Assembly: GCA_002633005.1 (NCBI GenBank)
Contig: NMRA01000275.1
Location: 333,827-397,826, forward strand
Direction of reading: 5' to 3'
DNA from: Phoronis australis
Lineage: Eukaryota; Animalia; Phoronida
DNA: 64,000 nucleotides
Shown: piece by piece, positions 1 to 13,389 of the stretch
Position numbering within the stretch: position 1 is the first letter of the stretch
How the letters are laid out: each line of letters starts with the position of its first letter
Position numbers and translations under genes: made by a program
The notes under the pieces: model-generated
The model's input: only the letters and a program-made list of their open reading frames with translations
Database searches by the model: none
Told to the model about the DNA's origin: nothing

Positions 1-882
1 CATACACGCCAATTTTCACAATTATCCTGAAAGCGGTTTGGTTGATAGACGAGTGGACGCCAAAAAACATACTTGAAAACAGTAAAAGTGGCCATTAGGT
101 GGAGCAAACTAGGTCGAATCCATCTGAAAACAGAGAGATAGCGTAATCTCATTAACAGATGCCTGTACGTCAATTTTTATGAAAATACGTTGAGGACCTT
201 TGAACATATAGAGGTAAACATAAACAAATGAAATTGTCACTAGGTGGCACACCAGTAATCAGATCCGTCCGAAAGTCGTTGTTGTTCGTTTTCAACATCA
301 TATAAATACACTTACTAAACTTAGTAAAGATCCTTTTAGCGGTTTAGAAGATACAGCCATAGGTGCAAAAAAAAACAAAACTGCCACTAGGAGGCGTCAC
401 AGTAGTCGAAATCATCGGAAAATCATCGTCAGCCGTCCACTTCATAATCAAAACATACTTGCCAATTTTCCCAATCATCCTTTGAGGGATTTGCTTAATA
501 GAGAGGTGGACGCAAAAAAAGATCCGAAAACAGTAAAAATGGTCACTAGGTGATGCAAGCTACGTTCAATCCATCCAAAAACGGGAAGACAGCGTCATTT
601 GACTAAGAGATGCCTATATACCAAATTTTATGAAAATCCATTCAGGACTTTTGACGATACAGAGGTAAACATAAAAAACTAAAATTGCCACTAGGAGACA
701 CACCCCTAGTCTAATCCGTCCGAAAGTTTGCTCATGCCGTCCCATCCACGGAAGGAACACATGTGAAAAATTTCATGAAGATACGTCAAGGGGTTTTAGA
801 AATAGAGCAGCGGACGCCGGCCGGCCGGAGATTACGGCATAATGCGTCCACATATAAATATGTGCCAGTGGGCGCATAAAAA
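1..882 (-). mobile_element. Non-autonomous Helentron/HINE-like element with internal ~145-160 bp satellite-like repeats (continues off the left edge)
   Basis: The monomer core CCACTAGGTGGC-like recurs at ~91, 238, 383, 543 and 687, and 1-300 resembles 451-750. The terminus at 770-882 is the reverse complement of 18367-18500 (TTTATGC.CCCAC head, CCGT/CCGG microsatellite, ATGAAATTT motif). Confidence 0.6.
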
Positions 883-1907
883 TGGACTGCAATGTTGGGA
901 GATTCTTCACATCTACATGACAGGAATACAGCCAGAGATTACATGCTGACTGCAAGTGAATTTCATGTGCATAACAAAGGTATAGCCAAACCATATTACA
1001 ACCTGCTTTCTAACCTTCAGTCTAATTGTTCCATTCCACAAGCATCCAAAGCAACTGATGATTGTTTACACATTGATTTCGCAACAACAAACATTTTAGA
1101 CTCCCTGTAATGTGGTTCAACTGCACTTGAATGATCTTGGGTATTGTACTGTGCACAGCTTTCAAGACAACATTTGCTTACATGGCGATACAAGTTCAAG
1201 CAAAAATTTCTTTGCAACAGATGCACACTCTTACAAGACTAGATTTTGCCCTAGCCACTATTCAGCTCAGAGATAGACATGAATCAGAAGAATAAGGGAA
1301 AAATACTTGTTGAGTGTGCTAATACTATTAACCAAATCAAATTCCCTTTATGGATATCTAGGAAACCAAAACAGTCTTATCCGGTTACATTTCACCTCTT
1401 TTAACCCATCTCTCACAACGACAAATCAAATCGTCTGCCATCTTGTACTGTCAGATTTTGACTTAATGACATATTATAATTAATGGTGACCCGAATGCTA
1501 GTCAATAAGCCAAGTAAATGCTTTAGTTCATGAGTTCACCAATAGGAGGAAAATGCAAATGGCAGAATGAAAAGCAAATAGCAAAACATTGAATGTTCGA
1601 GTGAACAAGTTCTGTTGAAAGGCTTGATTTGCCAGCAGTTGTATTCGCCACATTATTTCGGCAGATAAATATTCTCATGCGATCAGAATTTCGACATGAA
1701 CAGGCTAATAATTGATGTGCAATTCCAGTGAGTTATGTATATGACACCAAATTCTACACTTACACTGTACAAGACTTCTAACCCTGCCTAAGGTTTTGTT
1801 CACAGACTTGCCCATGAACATATAACAGCACTTCAAGTGATTAACCACAGGTCTGGGTCTGCCCATGTGTGAAAAAAAGCTGCTAAAGAATTAGCTTGAC
1901 AACTTAC

Positions 1908-4900
1908 CTCATTCGGTGATACATAGTGTGGATTTTCGAAAAGCGTTTCACCTCGAAAACTGCCTTCAAATATTTTGATGGGGTTTAACACGAATCTAGG
2001 ACCTGAAAGATGCCAGAAGTGCTAAGAATTAAATATGAAAAGCCACATTCAAAATATTTTGTTTCCTCTCAGGCCTCGCCACACAGACTTCTCTGAGTTG
2101 AGTAGGTTGGTATCCAGTTTTCATTGTTAGACTGAGCTCGTTATGTAGCCAAAATATTTTTTAATTTGAAAGGTTTTTTGTCAGACTGAATAGTTTACTT
2201 AAAGTTGTTTGCATATCTTACAGTGGCTTGCACAAGAGGAAACAAACTTAAGTTTTACTGACAGAGGCTTTTAAAATCATGAAAACTTATTAACATAACA
2301 TTCGGAAATGATGCACAAATCTTATCAGTTTAGGGTCCACGGACAACAGCGTCTTACATTGTGTGCTAAAAGGCATAGACCCGGACTTTTGCATAGTTTA
2401 CATACTTTTTCAACATACAACACATCTTAAAACTTTGTTCTGGGATTTAAGTGCACCCCAACAGATCCCCGCTGTTATCGTCACTTCAGTTCGCTAGTAT
2501 CAGACACTACAGTCAGATGCAGACTAAGCTGAACTCAACACAGAATTGTACGGACTGTAGCCACAGCTGTCACAGAAACACATCAACTAAACAAGGCTGT
2601 TTGTTCATGATGTCATGTGGCGTGAACCTACATTAGGTTGTCTATTCACAAAATGCGTGGCTGATGAGCATTGGACTCAAGAAGTATGTCAAAGTTTAAG
2701 GAATGTCCAAACATTATCCTACTCCTTTAAACCCCCATGCAGCACCATCTTTAAAAACCATGATTGTTTTTGTATATGTCTGGGTGGAACCCTGTGTATT
2801 GGTTTGTATATGTCTGGGTGGAACCCTGTGTATTGGTTTGTATATGTCTGGGTGGAACCCTGTGTATTGGTTTATTAAAATGGCAAATTAGCAATTTTAA
2901 ATACACATACTGTAACACCAAGGACTAAATGGAGTGTGAAGATTCGTTGTCACTAATTTGATTTTTTATTTATTCGAGCTTGAAGTTTGAAAGTCAGTTT
3001 GTCCTAATTAATACTGCATGTGACTTTAAATACATTTGAGAATCCGTTCCATACATTACTTTGAATGAAACAATTTAGATCAGGTCCACAACTAAAAGTG
3101 TTAACATATTTAATTAATAGATGACAAGAGATCACCGATCCTACATAAACCACTGATCTAATGTTTGTGAAAGTATTTCACTGCCAAAGCCATGTAACTT
3201 ACCTATTTCTGCCAACGAGCCATCCTCCTCAATGATCTGGTAGTTCCTAAACCAGATCCTGTTGTCGAGGACCGAAAATGTGAACACGTGATCTACAAAT
3301 GGCTGACTCTTTGGGTGATACTCGGGTGTGCCAAATATCTAAAACAGTGGAAGAAAGCTATTGCTAATGGCGCACCAGTCCGGAAATATTAAAAGTTAGT
3401 CAAAATGCTACCAAAATATTGAATGCGAGGAAGTAGCAAACCTGTCAACCAAGAGTGCCATCAAGTTAAACCATATCACATATTGCATACACGTCTAACG
3501 GTACATAAAACGTCAGTAGAGTTCATTTCTTTCCAGTCAAACATGATGGATCCTACGATTGGATATCTCAATATTTGGTATAGCAGAGCAGGGCAGGACA
3601 CAGAGCACATTTTTTCAACTCTTCTGAGTATCCTTAATGCTCAACTTATCATGTCAGAGAAGCAGCTTTAAACTGATTTTCAGGTTGCTGTAACTCAATT
3701 GCGGACATGAAAACCTGTTACAGTTACGTCGGTCATAAATCTTGACATACCTCATCTTTACCTCACAGCACACTGAGTTAGTCCAGGCCAATGACCAACA
3801 AAGTCAAACAATACCTATGCCTCAATGTTCCATAAAGGGATTTTGCCGAGCAAATATTGACTTCAACTCTATTCTAATTTCAATTCATAAAATAATTCTC
3901 TTTCTCTCATACGTCATTGCAGGAGTAATCTCACCTGAGTGAACAATTCCTTCAGTAATGCCCATTGAGGCTGCTCATCAAATGTTGGGTCAAAGGACAA
4001 CAGAGGTCGTGAACTCTTCAAACAGTTTCCCGTCATCTTCAGCTCATCCATGGTATGAACTGGAACATGATGCAAACCAAAGTTTTGATTTTTCACAACC
4101 TGAGTGAAAGCCAGTGATAAATCTGTTTCCAAAAAGAATACAGCTACCCTCCATTAACTTAGGAGGCATTTTGTAATGTCGTAACAAACTGAAAATAAAT
4201 TTTGCCTATCTTCTCTTTAAAGTCAACCTACGTATTCCGGAATGTAGAGGCAATGCACTCCTGCAGACACCTCATATGAAGTTAATTAACGCACCTGCTT
4301 TTGAACAAGATTATTTTACACAAATGGGGGATTCTCAGATTTAACTATTGAAGATCTGAAATGGTTATAAAAAATTTAAAACAAATAGCAACTTCCACGG
4401 AGTTGACTGTATGTGAAAATTGCCACAACTTCACTAACAAAGCAGCACCCTTATTGGGAATCTTTATATTAAAATAAATGTTATGTGGACGGCAAAATTA
4501 AACAATATTTGACAAGAGAATAAAGAACAGGTAAGTACAGCTCAAATTGAATCAGTCTGCAATCCAGGATTCGCCAGTGTTGCGCATCATTTAATCAAGT
4601 TACTTAGAACAGAATTAATCAAATGTCTTGGTTCTTCCACAAGTGGTTAGTTTTTATAATACCATCCACAGCAGAATAAATGTAAATAAAAAACAAGACT
4701 TACTATTTTCAACTAGAAATTTTGCAGAGGGTCCTTCTGGAAGGTTTGAAACCCTAAAATAGAAATAACATGTTAAGTCTTGGATCTCACTTCCAGTAAG
4801 GAGCTGTATTTACTTGGAGGCTAAAGGGTTGCCATTACACTCTTTTCTATTTTTTAGTTTAATGAAGAATGCAAATATATTCACAGTTACAGCCTATTCT

Positions 4901-7900
4901 GAAGTCCAACGTTCAGTCTTTATTTTCTGCACAGCAGATTCAAACTGTAAAATCGAAGTTAACCTTTTTTTAAAAATAAACAAAACATTTTGAAATTTTA
5001 AAGAAATAATGCAAATTTCCCAGTTTCCTGATGACATAAGTGAAACACAGGATTGCCATCAATCCTTGCACATCACAGTGCCAAGTGATTAATGGTGCTT
5101 CTTGCAACTGAGATGGGGATGGAAATGTTGAAAATATAGCCACCTCCAAGTGATAACGGGAAATGAAATCAATATAGATATATTAATAATTTCGGCTAAA
5201 ACTTTTTGATACTTCAGAACTTGATGTTAATCTCACACAGAATGGCGGCCAATTGAGGAATCAAGGTGTAACCTTGAATTTTAGCAATATGCACCAATGA
5301 AATACTTGACTGCCTTTTACAATGCGAGACTTGCAAAAAAATAACGTAACACGGAAAGTTCACAAACCAGAAGTAAAAAGAATTCAGAACATCTTTACAG
5401 CTACAATTACATATTAATTACTTGGCTGGAAGTTCAGAGAATCACCTTCAAATTCTATTTTTCTTTCATTTATCACATACTATGAATTAAACAACCAATG
5501 CACAAACCACATGTACAAATCTTGTTTCTTTTTGGCTTCGAAATACAAGCACTTGTTGCAGTTCTTCATCTCTGCAATCTGCATGAAAACAACGCACACG
5601 AGTTCATACACATAAACAGCTTCAATACTACTCCATCTTAAGGTTAATAATGTAAGGTTAACAATGTCAAGGTCATGTAGAACATCATTGATAAGTCTGC
5701 GTATGCGTACAAATATGTACACAAATTTTGGAGAACAGAAAGCGTAGTATTTGAAAGTTACATTTGAATCCAATCAGCAATTTCTGAGATACGAGGTCCT
5801 GACGTTAGCCAAATGTGGACATTTTTCTCGAGTCCTACATATCAAACCAGTTCTAAGCTATGGAATTACGTTTTTAGTCAACTCCTGTTAGAAGGTAAGC
5901 GAGGTCTTCAAGGTTCAAGACTCACAAGCTTACATATGCACTGAAGATTTCTGGACGAACCTGCCCACCAAAAACGTGCAAAAAGGCTATTTACCAAATT
6001 TCAGATTTTGAAGTCAAGTATTCAATTATGGAAAAATGAATTAGCCAAACCAGATCATGACTGAAAAGACATCTTCAATAAACAAATTTATACAAAATAA
6101 GTACAAAAAAGATATTACCTCATTGATTATGAAAATCTTGTCTTTCCGATCCATTTTGGTTTCTGAAAAGACGAAAAATAAGAACAGTTCTAAAATTCAA
6201 TGTAAGTTATAGTGCATCCTTGACTTTTGATTAACTTGCATCAAAATCAACTTATTATCGTATTCGCTGTAATAACCGCCCAGGGCGCTTAGAAAGTTCG
6301 TTTCAGGGGGGGCGCTTATTATAACCCAAGGCCGTTGAAGCTCGGTCTCCGAAACGGGTGAAATCGGAAGCTAAGATTCATCACATTTACGCTCTGTGAC
6401 GTATCTGTAATCTATGAAAGACTTACTACAAAACGGCAGTGCATTGCTATCAAACTTTGCTGCTAAATTACTATAATTTTACAGAAAATTGTGCAGAAAT
6501 CCCAGGGTGAAAACTGGCCGACTGACTGCCTCACAACTGTCGATATGGCAACTTGAATGCTTGAATAAAAATACAGTTTCGACTCGAGCAAATTACCTGA
6601 AATCCTCCTTAAGTTTTCCAAGTAACGCCCCTAAGATTTTTAAGTTCTCGTGGAGTCGGGATTAACGGCAGGTTTAAGTACAAATCTGCGCTACATCGTG
6701 CGATCTACATGTATGATCGGCAACATGAGAAAAATGTCTGGACGAACACACGTTGTTGTTACGTGACGTTTGTTTTGACGTTCGTCTGTGTTGAGTAAGC
6801 CAGCGTGTGCATGTCACCAGAGTTCATTTGCCAAAGCAGAGACCGTTTTTTGGCCAGAGCCACATAATCTAACAAGCTGCTAGATGTGCATTGTATCTAA
6901 AGAAATTTGCACAAGCAGTAAGCCTAAACCAGAGCGTGTTTCATTCAGCACTTGCCGGTCTCATGTGCTAAAAATGTTCGGCAAGGCCCATATTAGTCGC
7001 CGTGTGGCTGGATGCGTACGTTACAGTTATTTTTCAGTGTAAGGGTGTGTAAGCATTTTATCGGATATTTGGATTAGAAACACCAATTATGGTTAATAAA
7101 ACAAGTCATCTCAAAAATAACGCAAACATTTTTTATAGTTATTAGAAACTGTCGGAAATTAGTGCCAATATTCATTTCTTGCCGATGCTATGCTACCCAT
7201 TTCATGAATGGATAGTACTCGACTAATGTCTTTGATGACAGGTTCATGTATGTAGCGCGCGCTTTCTGACCATGTGCTTTTAACACTGGCCAAGCTTTTT
7301 ATTAATATTCGATTTGCAGTTTTCACGTGTACAAAGAAATTTGGATTCCTGTTGAAAGCGGGAAATATCTACAAAGCAATCCCATAGTCATTGTCTACTT
7401 CTGTTCTGAAAGGCCAGACCATTGGTCCTCGCAAGATCAGCAAAACTTTTGTGTTCGTTTTGAGGCATGGTGGAAGTTTGAATTGTATAGTCACAGCTAA
7501 ATACCGACATAGCAGCAAGGCTTGTGGTCTACAAATTCTGCACACAATGATTTTTTTCAGGACTGTCGGATATTATTGATAAATTGACGACGTTGTTGTA
7601 AAATTTTAGGACTGTAGGTAAGGCATTTTTCGCACGTACACGTTCATAGACTGGGCGCTTATTTTAGCAAAGTCTGAAAACGCGTGGGGAAGCGCTTATA
7701 CAAGCATGGGCGGTTATTACGGCGAATACGGTAGCCTACATAATGACCATGTTCACCTAAATACCCAACCCCTAATTTTCCACATTTCAACAACCTTGTA
7801 AATGAGCCCACAGTATTTATAGTTACCATTTATTCAAGACTGTTCATTTCAGTGTCCAAATCATACACAATTTCCTTGCTTTTTACTCAGGAGCATCACA

Positions 7901-10900
7901 CTGTCTGCATTTCATCTATCTTTTCTAGCTCTTGCGCCTAATGTGGCATATGTAAAAGTAATGGCAGTTCCGATGCTTTCAAATGTCCAAGCTGGTTTGA
8001 ACANAGACAATGATAGCAGTCTTTGTTACCGGGCTTTGAGTGAGGCATAAGAGCCCTCAGGTCTGTCATCAGATGTCTTGCCCTGTGTGCTATCCCTCGA
8101 GAAGCAAACACTAAAACTCGCTGTTTGTTGGTCCACTTGCCCTAAAGATACAGATTTATTTTACAAATTAGTAATCAATCCAATTGTTAAAAATGTGCAA
8201 TAAAATGGTTGTAGTCCTAACTCCTTGCTGCACTCCAAACATACGGCACTAATTCTCAGGATATTTTCCCACACATGAATCAGAATTACTTCGAAATAAA
8301 TGTTGCTATTTCTTATGTATATTTGGTAGTCTCAATAAGAGCAACTTGCACAACAGGCGCACCATGTTTGACAATAAAGTCATGACAAAAAATGAGCATG
8401 CGCATTAGTTGATGCCAATTGGAACATTTCAGGATCTACATTTTGCTGTGAATGTTGCCGATTGAACTAGGAAAATCTGGAGGTATTTATGTTATTTATT
8501 TGATGTCAATAAATGTAACTAGTGAACTTGCTGCAGTCGCATAAAAAATATAACTCAAATTACTCCCAGATTTGACATGCTTTGAGTTATTCTGGAAATG
8601 CCTGGCAGCCGGCCATATTGAATAGCAGTTGTATACCTTATACCTTCTCATTATAGTATATCGTCAAGGGTTGATTAAAGGTGCCTGTGGTCCAGGCAAT
8701 TACATCGCCGTGAATGCCACAGGCATACAGGGGTGATAGTACATTCACATAAAAAGTTACGCATTTTAAAAAACAGCAAATAACATCGGATGAAACATGC
8801 ATATATGCTCATAGAGTTATAATTAACACATACCATTACTCTGGATACAATTTAGTCAACATAACTTGAACATAAATTTACACAAAACAGGGTTTCAACA
8901 AACCATTAGCAATTGTTCTTACTTACAGTGTACTGGTCCAGCGAGTTCGCAAAAAATTCGTGGTCAAAGCACAAAAATGATCCCAAAAAGCCCATGCATA
9001 CTTCCTCATTTGACAATTCGAGGTCAAGGACAGTACAAAATTATCATGACATCAATAACTACACACTTAGCCAGAAGATTTCGTAACCTTCCCTGATGAA
9101 CCAGCAATTGCTGTCCATCCGTAACTCATCGGATAATTCCATACATTCCTTGACCTCAAACCGTTAAAGGAGGAAGTGCACATGGGCTTTTTTAAACATT
9201 TTTGTGCTTTGACCGCGAATTTTTTGCGAACTCCCTAGAGCAGGATACCATGGCATGGCGTGAATGGTAGACACTGGTGACCTAAAGTCATGAATATAAG
9301 CATAATAAGCAACTGATTGTCATACTACCCAATGTCCGATAGCAATTGGTCATGTGATGTCATGGACATATATCAGCCTTCCCAAATATACGTGTTTTAC
9401 CAATCCCAACCCTTGTTTGTCTCCGTAGGTAGAGTTTTGAAATGGTCGCTGATATCGCTGGCCATTTTGAAAGAGGCCCTAAATTCGTGACCATTTCGTT
9501 TAGATGGAAATACACGAAGTAAGACCACACACATCAACTACAGTGCTTACAGTTACTCTAGACGGCATAAAAACGCATTGCACTGCTTATTAATTCAGCT
9601 TCAATTGCAGTAAATTATGTCTTTTGCACCCAAATTCGATGTTCACAGACATTTTCAATAAGGTTGTTTACGTAACACGCTAAGAATCCAGCATCAATGT
9701 ATCTCTCTGTATTATATTGCTTTGGCCTTACAAAACTTGATCGACCCTGGCCGGGACATTTTGATACATTGTTCAAGCTAATCCTGGACCGCGTGTATGA
9801 GAAAATTTGAACGATGCATGTTTTCGAAAATATATTCGAAAAAAGAAGCCACTCACTCACTGTTTTATTGAGAATAATCAACACGTCCGGGTATACTTTG
9901 GACGTTCGTAAGCAGACGAACACTGGAAACTTCAACACTAGATGTCGTGGGAACACGCAGAAGAGGATTTAAGATCATTCATGACTTTAGGGCACTCACG
10001 AATTTAGGACCTCTGAAGGTATTAAAAGAACAAAATGGTTTGTTGAAACCGTTTTGTGCAAATATATTGAGTTTTGTGTTTAATATGGACGGCTGAAGTG
10101 AAGCACCCGTGGAATTCCTTGTCCCAAGTGTCATACTTTGTAGTATTATATATGATGTATTGGGGTCGATCAGAAGCTGAAGTGTGCCTGTGCCTGTGCC
10201 TATGCCATAGCCTAGATATGGCATCATGACATAGGGTGATAGGCTATACACTCCGAAACCCTATAGTCGTCCGCCTAAGCATAAAACCGGCTTGTTGTCT
10301 TACTCACCCAATTATTCCACTTCAAAGTTATGATCTGAATAGGACTTGATTTAACTCTCACAAATATATAGTATTCGTTGATTCAAACGTTTTCTTTTAC
10401 TTAAGCCGAGTTGTTCAACTGTGCATTGGTTTTCGGCAGCCATTTTATAATGACACCTATGGTCGTCATGTGCTGCCGCCTTTTGAAAGGACAGAAAACC
10501 ACACAGAAAAAGGCCAAGAAAATAGTGGAAAGTGGTTTACAGCAACTCTACTTCAACCACAAACTGTTTTACTGGTATGATATCGATTTTTAAATCGATT
10601 AAAATTGATTTAGAATTTCAGTTCTGGAAAATAAATCACAATTGTTTTATTCCAGGCAGACCTTACTTATTTTGTATTTGTGACCTCTTTATTTGACTTT
10701 TTGCTCTTGTTGTTCTTAACATCACTTATCTCTGCTGTCCTTCTTTTTCTTTTCAGTTTCTCTTCATTCTCTGTTAACACCTTGTCAGCCAAAACAGAAC
10801 TGTAAGCCTTTGAGACTTGGTAGGCGGAAGTTGATCATTGAACCTCGATACAATTGTTCTAATAAATTACCCATAATTGTATTGTTTGATTTTTTCTCAT

Positions 10901-11970
10901 CTTTAACAGGCTTCTGCATTCATAAATAAATAAATAAATACCCAAGTTGCATTTGAATTTTATTGCTCAATCTCTTCTTTTATTTTTGATTATGTCATGC
11001 TGTGTTGTATGTAACAAATGCAATATAGTGAAATAAAGTCAATGTTTTACTTTATTGGTGGCCATTCTCTATCAATTCAAGTATTTTAATTTTCTTCAAA
11101 TAAATTCAAAATGCTTTAACCAAAATTTTCAACATAAATGTTGAGTTCAGTACTGTGTTTTGCAATAAAAAAACAAGTGAACAATATTTTGATGACCAAG
11201 GCGTGGGCCGAAACTGTTAAGCACCCAGCGTGTTCCATTTGTCTGCTGCGTTTTTCCTTTGGCCTAACAGATGTCGGTTAGTGCCTGGGACAAATAGATA
11301 CATTGCATAAACAATCCCTGGGTTGCTTTTTGTTCCGTCTGAAGAAAATTTAATTTTGAAAATATCTTCTGAAAATGAACAAAAAAGTGCATTAGTAAAA
11401 TCAACAAGTTTTTAAGTGGTCTCAAAAAAACAGTCGGTAAATGCATTAATTTTAGTCTCAGTTCTTCCACGCGTGTTTCTCCCGAGAAGTTAGTACCTAA
11501 CGTGCAGACGAGCGTTCCAAATTGGAACGCTAAGTCCCGCGTGGCAGCGCTGCACGCGAAACAAGATGGAGGACGACCTTTGGAGACTGACGACGAGAGG
11601 TAATCGGACTATAATTTGTCGCGTATCTTCTCAAATATTGTAGATTTCACGAAAAAGTGAGAGTGGAGTGGCGCGCGTGATCCATGAGAGTGGGCAATTG
11701 TATATTGCGACACTTCATTTTATTTTTTAAATATTCCTGACAGAATTTGAAATGGGACCAAGTTATCCGACTATTACCGATGTGATAGGCTATGCCTATG
11801 CTATGGCGTCGCCCAGCATACGCATACGCGATCTTGTTACATACAGAATCACTAACCCGTTTTGCCAAAGGTTGTATATCGTCCGATGTCCTAGCGGGAG
11901 GAATTACGACATCCGAGGTAGAGGGATTTTTTTCTCTGACATTTTCAACACGCTTTCGTTTCTTCCCCAT
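1908..11970 (-). CDS. BRIX1: Ribosome biogenesis protein BRX1 homolog (Brix domain); 3' exon(s) lie beyond the left edge
   Basis: GT-AG exons in consistent phase: 11970-11857 (MGKKRKR...PLAKR), 8141-8030 (GKWTNKQRVLVFASRGIAHRARHLMTDLRALMPHSKP), 6162-6119 (ETKMDRKDKIFIINE), 5578-5508 (IAEMKNCNKCLYFEAKKKQDLYMW), 4753-4704 (VSNLPEGPSAKFLVEN), 4059-3935 (IHTMDELKMTGNCLKSSRPLLSFDP), 3338-3203 (IFGTPEYHPKSQPFVDHVFTFSVLDNRIWFRNYQI), 2002-1908 (GPRFVLNPIKIFEGSFRGETLFENPHYVSPNE). These peptides match known BRX1 motifs. Confidence 0.97.
2769..2873. repeat. 34-bp minisatellite, ~3 copies, in a BRIX1 intron
   Basis: TTTGTATATGTCTGGGTGGAACCCTGTGTATTGG is repeated at a period of 34 (2772, 2806, 2840). Confidence 0.95.
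6258..7731 (+). mobile_element. Non-autonomous Tc1/mariner (pogo-like) TIR element with HIRAN-like coding remnant
   Basis: TA|TCGTATTCGCTGTAATAACCGCCC ... GGGCGGTTATTACGGCGAATACGG|TA gives ~24-bp TIRs with a TA TSD. The first ~450 bp are the reverse complement of 16200-16648. Confidence 0.8.
8933..9244. mobile_element. Foldback MITE with ~100-bp inverted arms
   Basis: GAGTTCGCAAAAAATTCGTGGTCAAAGCACAAAAATG...GAGGTCAAGGA pairs with TCCTTGACCTC...CATTTTTGTGCTTTGACCGCGAATTTTTTGCGAACTC. Confidence 0.8.
10244..10328. repeat. End of a young dispersed repeat, an exact inverted copy of 23113-23197
   Basis: 85 bp identical by eye to the reverse complement of 23113-23197. Confidence 0.85.
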
Positions 11971-12140
11971 CGTGTTCACAACCACGCTTCGCACCTGGAT
12001 AACCGGAAGTCGCGTCCAAGACCTGCGACCTGCGCCATCTGGAGACTGATAGTTATCCAGCACAGGTGGCGCTGGATCTTGTTCATGTCCTGTTTGCTGG
12101 GTTCGTTGACAAATTATACATAGCCTAATTCCGTCAAAGG
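11971..12140. promoter_or_regulatory. Probable bidirectional promoter of BRIX1 and PARS2
   Basis: CpG-rich stretch directly upstream of the BRIX1 ATG, between divergent genes. It has an ETS/GABP-type ACCGGAAGT at ~12002 and a YY1-like CGCCATCT at ~12033. TSSs cannot be determined from sequence. Confidence 0.55.
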
Positions 12141-13389
12141 TGATCTTGCATTTTAAACTTCGTGATTTTCCAAAAGTGTGCACCATAGACCTTCTAAATG
12201 CTTCGATTAAGGGTTCATTCTAAGAGGTTTACTCGTCTCGCATGATGAGTGCAGATGGCCGGCACCGGCATGTGGTGTGCTGTATTATTAGTGAAAATGT
12301 TGTGGTTGTCTACTCTAATTCATTGTGAGTGTGATTGTTAGTGTGTGCTGCTGTATAGCCAGCTAGCAGTATGAAGATTAAATTATTTGTTCAGTTTTCA
12401 CCAAGGCTAGTGTTTCTGTCACTGTAAATGGTAAAAGTTTTGCCAGTTTGTGTATCGAAATGGGGGTTTTTAATCAGGCATTGAAATGAGTGTATATTTC
12501 AAGAATTTTGCTTGGGACTTCTTTACTGGTATTGATGTCTGTGCCTGTGGCTCTTTTCACCCCATCATTGGAAGTAACAGCATGGTTCTCAAATCATTTC
12601 AGTCATTATCAAAGACCCCTTATTTGACAATTACCGAAATGTTAAGGTAATAAATTCTGATATTATTCACCTACAGGATTATTGGCTCTTTATTATAATT
12701 GTCATTTCAACTTGATATCGTTACTGATTTTACTCATTGTGTCATATGGTAATAGTCAGATAACTGTGTTTCTGATTGCCTGTGATTTGTGTGCCTGTTA
12801 CTCTCAATAAATAATGCCTGTTCTCGAGTCACTAATTTTAAATCAGGGACCCACCCAAAATGGATGATTTGAATAAATTAATCTTTTCACTGCAAAAACC
12901 TTAAGGACATCAGGTATTAGTATTCTCTGTTAATGCAACTAGATAATTACAATGAATGTGTTGCAATGGTTGGTATTATTAGAGTATCGCACGTCATGCC
13001 TGCAGATGATACGCCTTTTCATATGAACTCATCAGGACAACATGCAATTTATGCGCAACATAGTTGAAGACTATAGTCATTATGAACACTACAGTACCTC
13101 ATTAACAACATGACCAAATTACATTCATTTAATGTTAACATCCAAGATGTCACCTAGATTCAAGTTGAGGGGAAACCATTGGACAAGAGTGATTCGATTT
13201 TTCAAAGTATTACCTGCTGATAGTTGGGTACCATAAAACATCATTTTACGTGTAGCATTTATGGAAAATATAACGAAATGAGATTTCACCTTTCATATTG
13301 TGTCCTTAATTGGTGAATTTTTATTGGTCCTACTCTCTAGGGAGATGCTTAGTTGTGTACTAACTTAGGTCTTCAAACGTTTTATTTAG

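Noticed and set aside
10667-10799. Lys-rich exon-like segment in BRIX1 intron 1 (minus strand, AG...GTAAGG)
   Set aside because: Weak acceptor, out of phase with exon 1 (immediate stop), and not needed for the Brix protein. More likely low-complexity or transposase-tail remnant. A poison exon cannot be excluded without RNA-seq.
11647-12186. 179-aa ORF and overlapping plus-strand ORFs
   Set aside because: Only MGKKRKR...PLAKR (11970-11857) is BRIX1 exon 1. The rest is read-through into GC-rich promoter and intron sequence.
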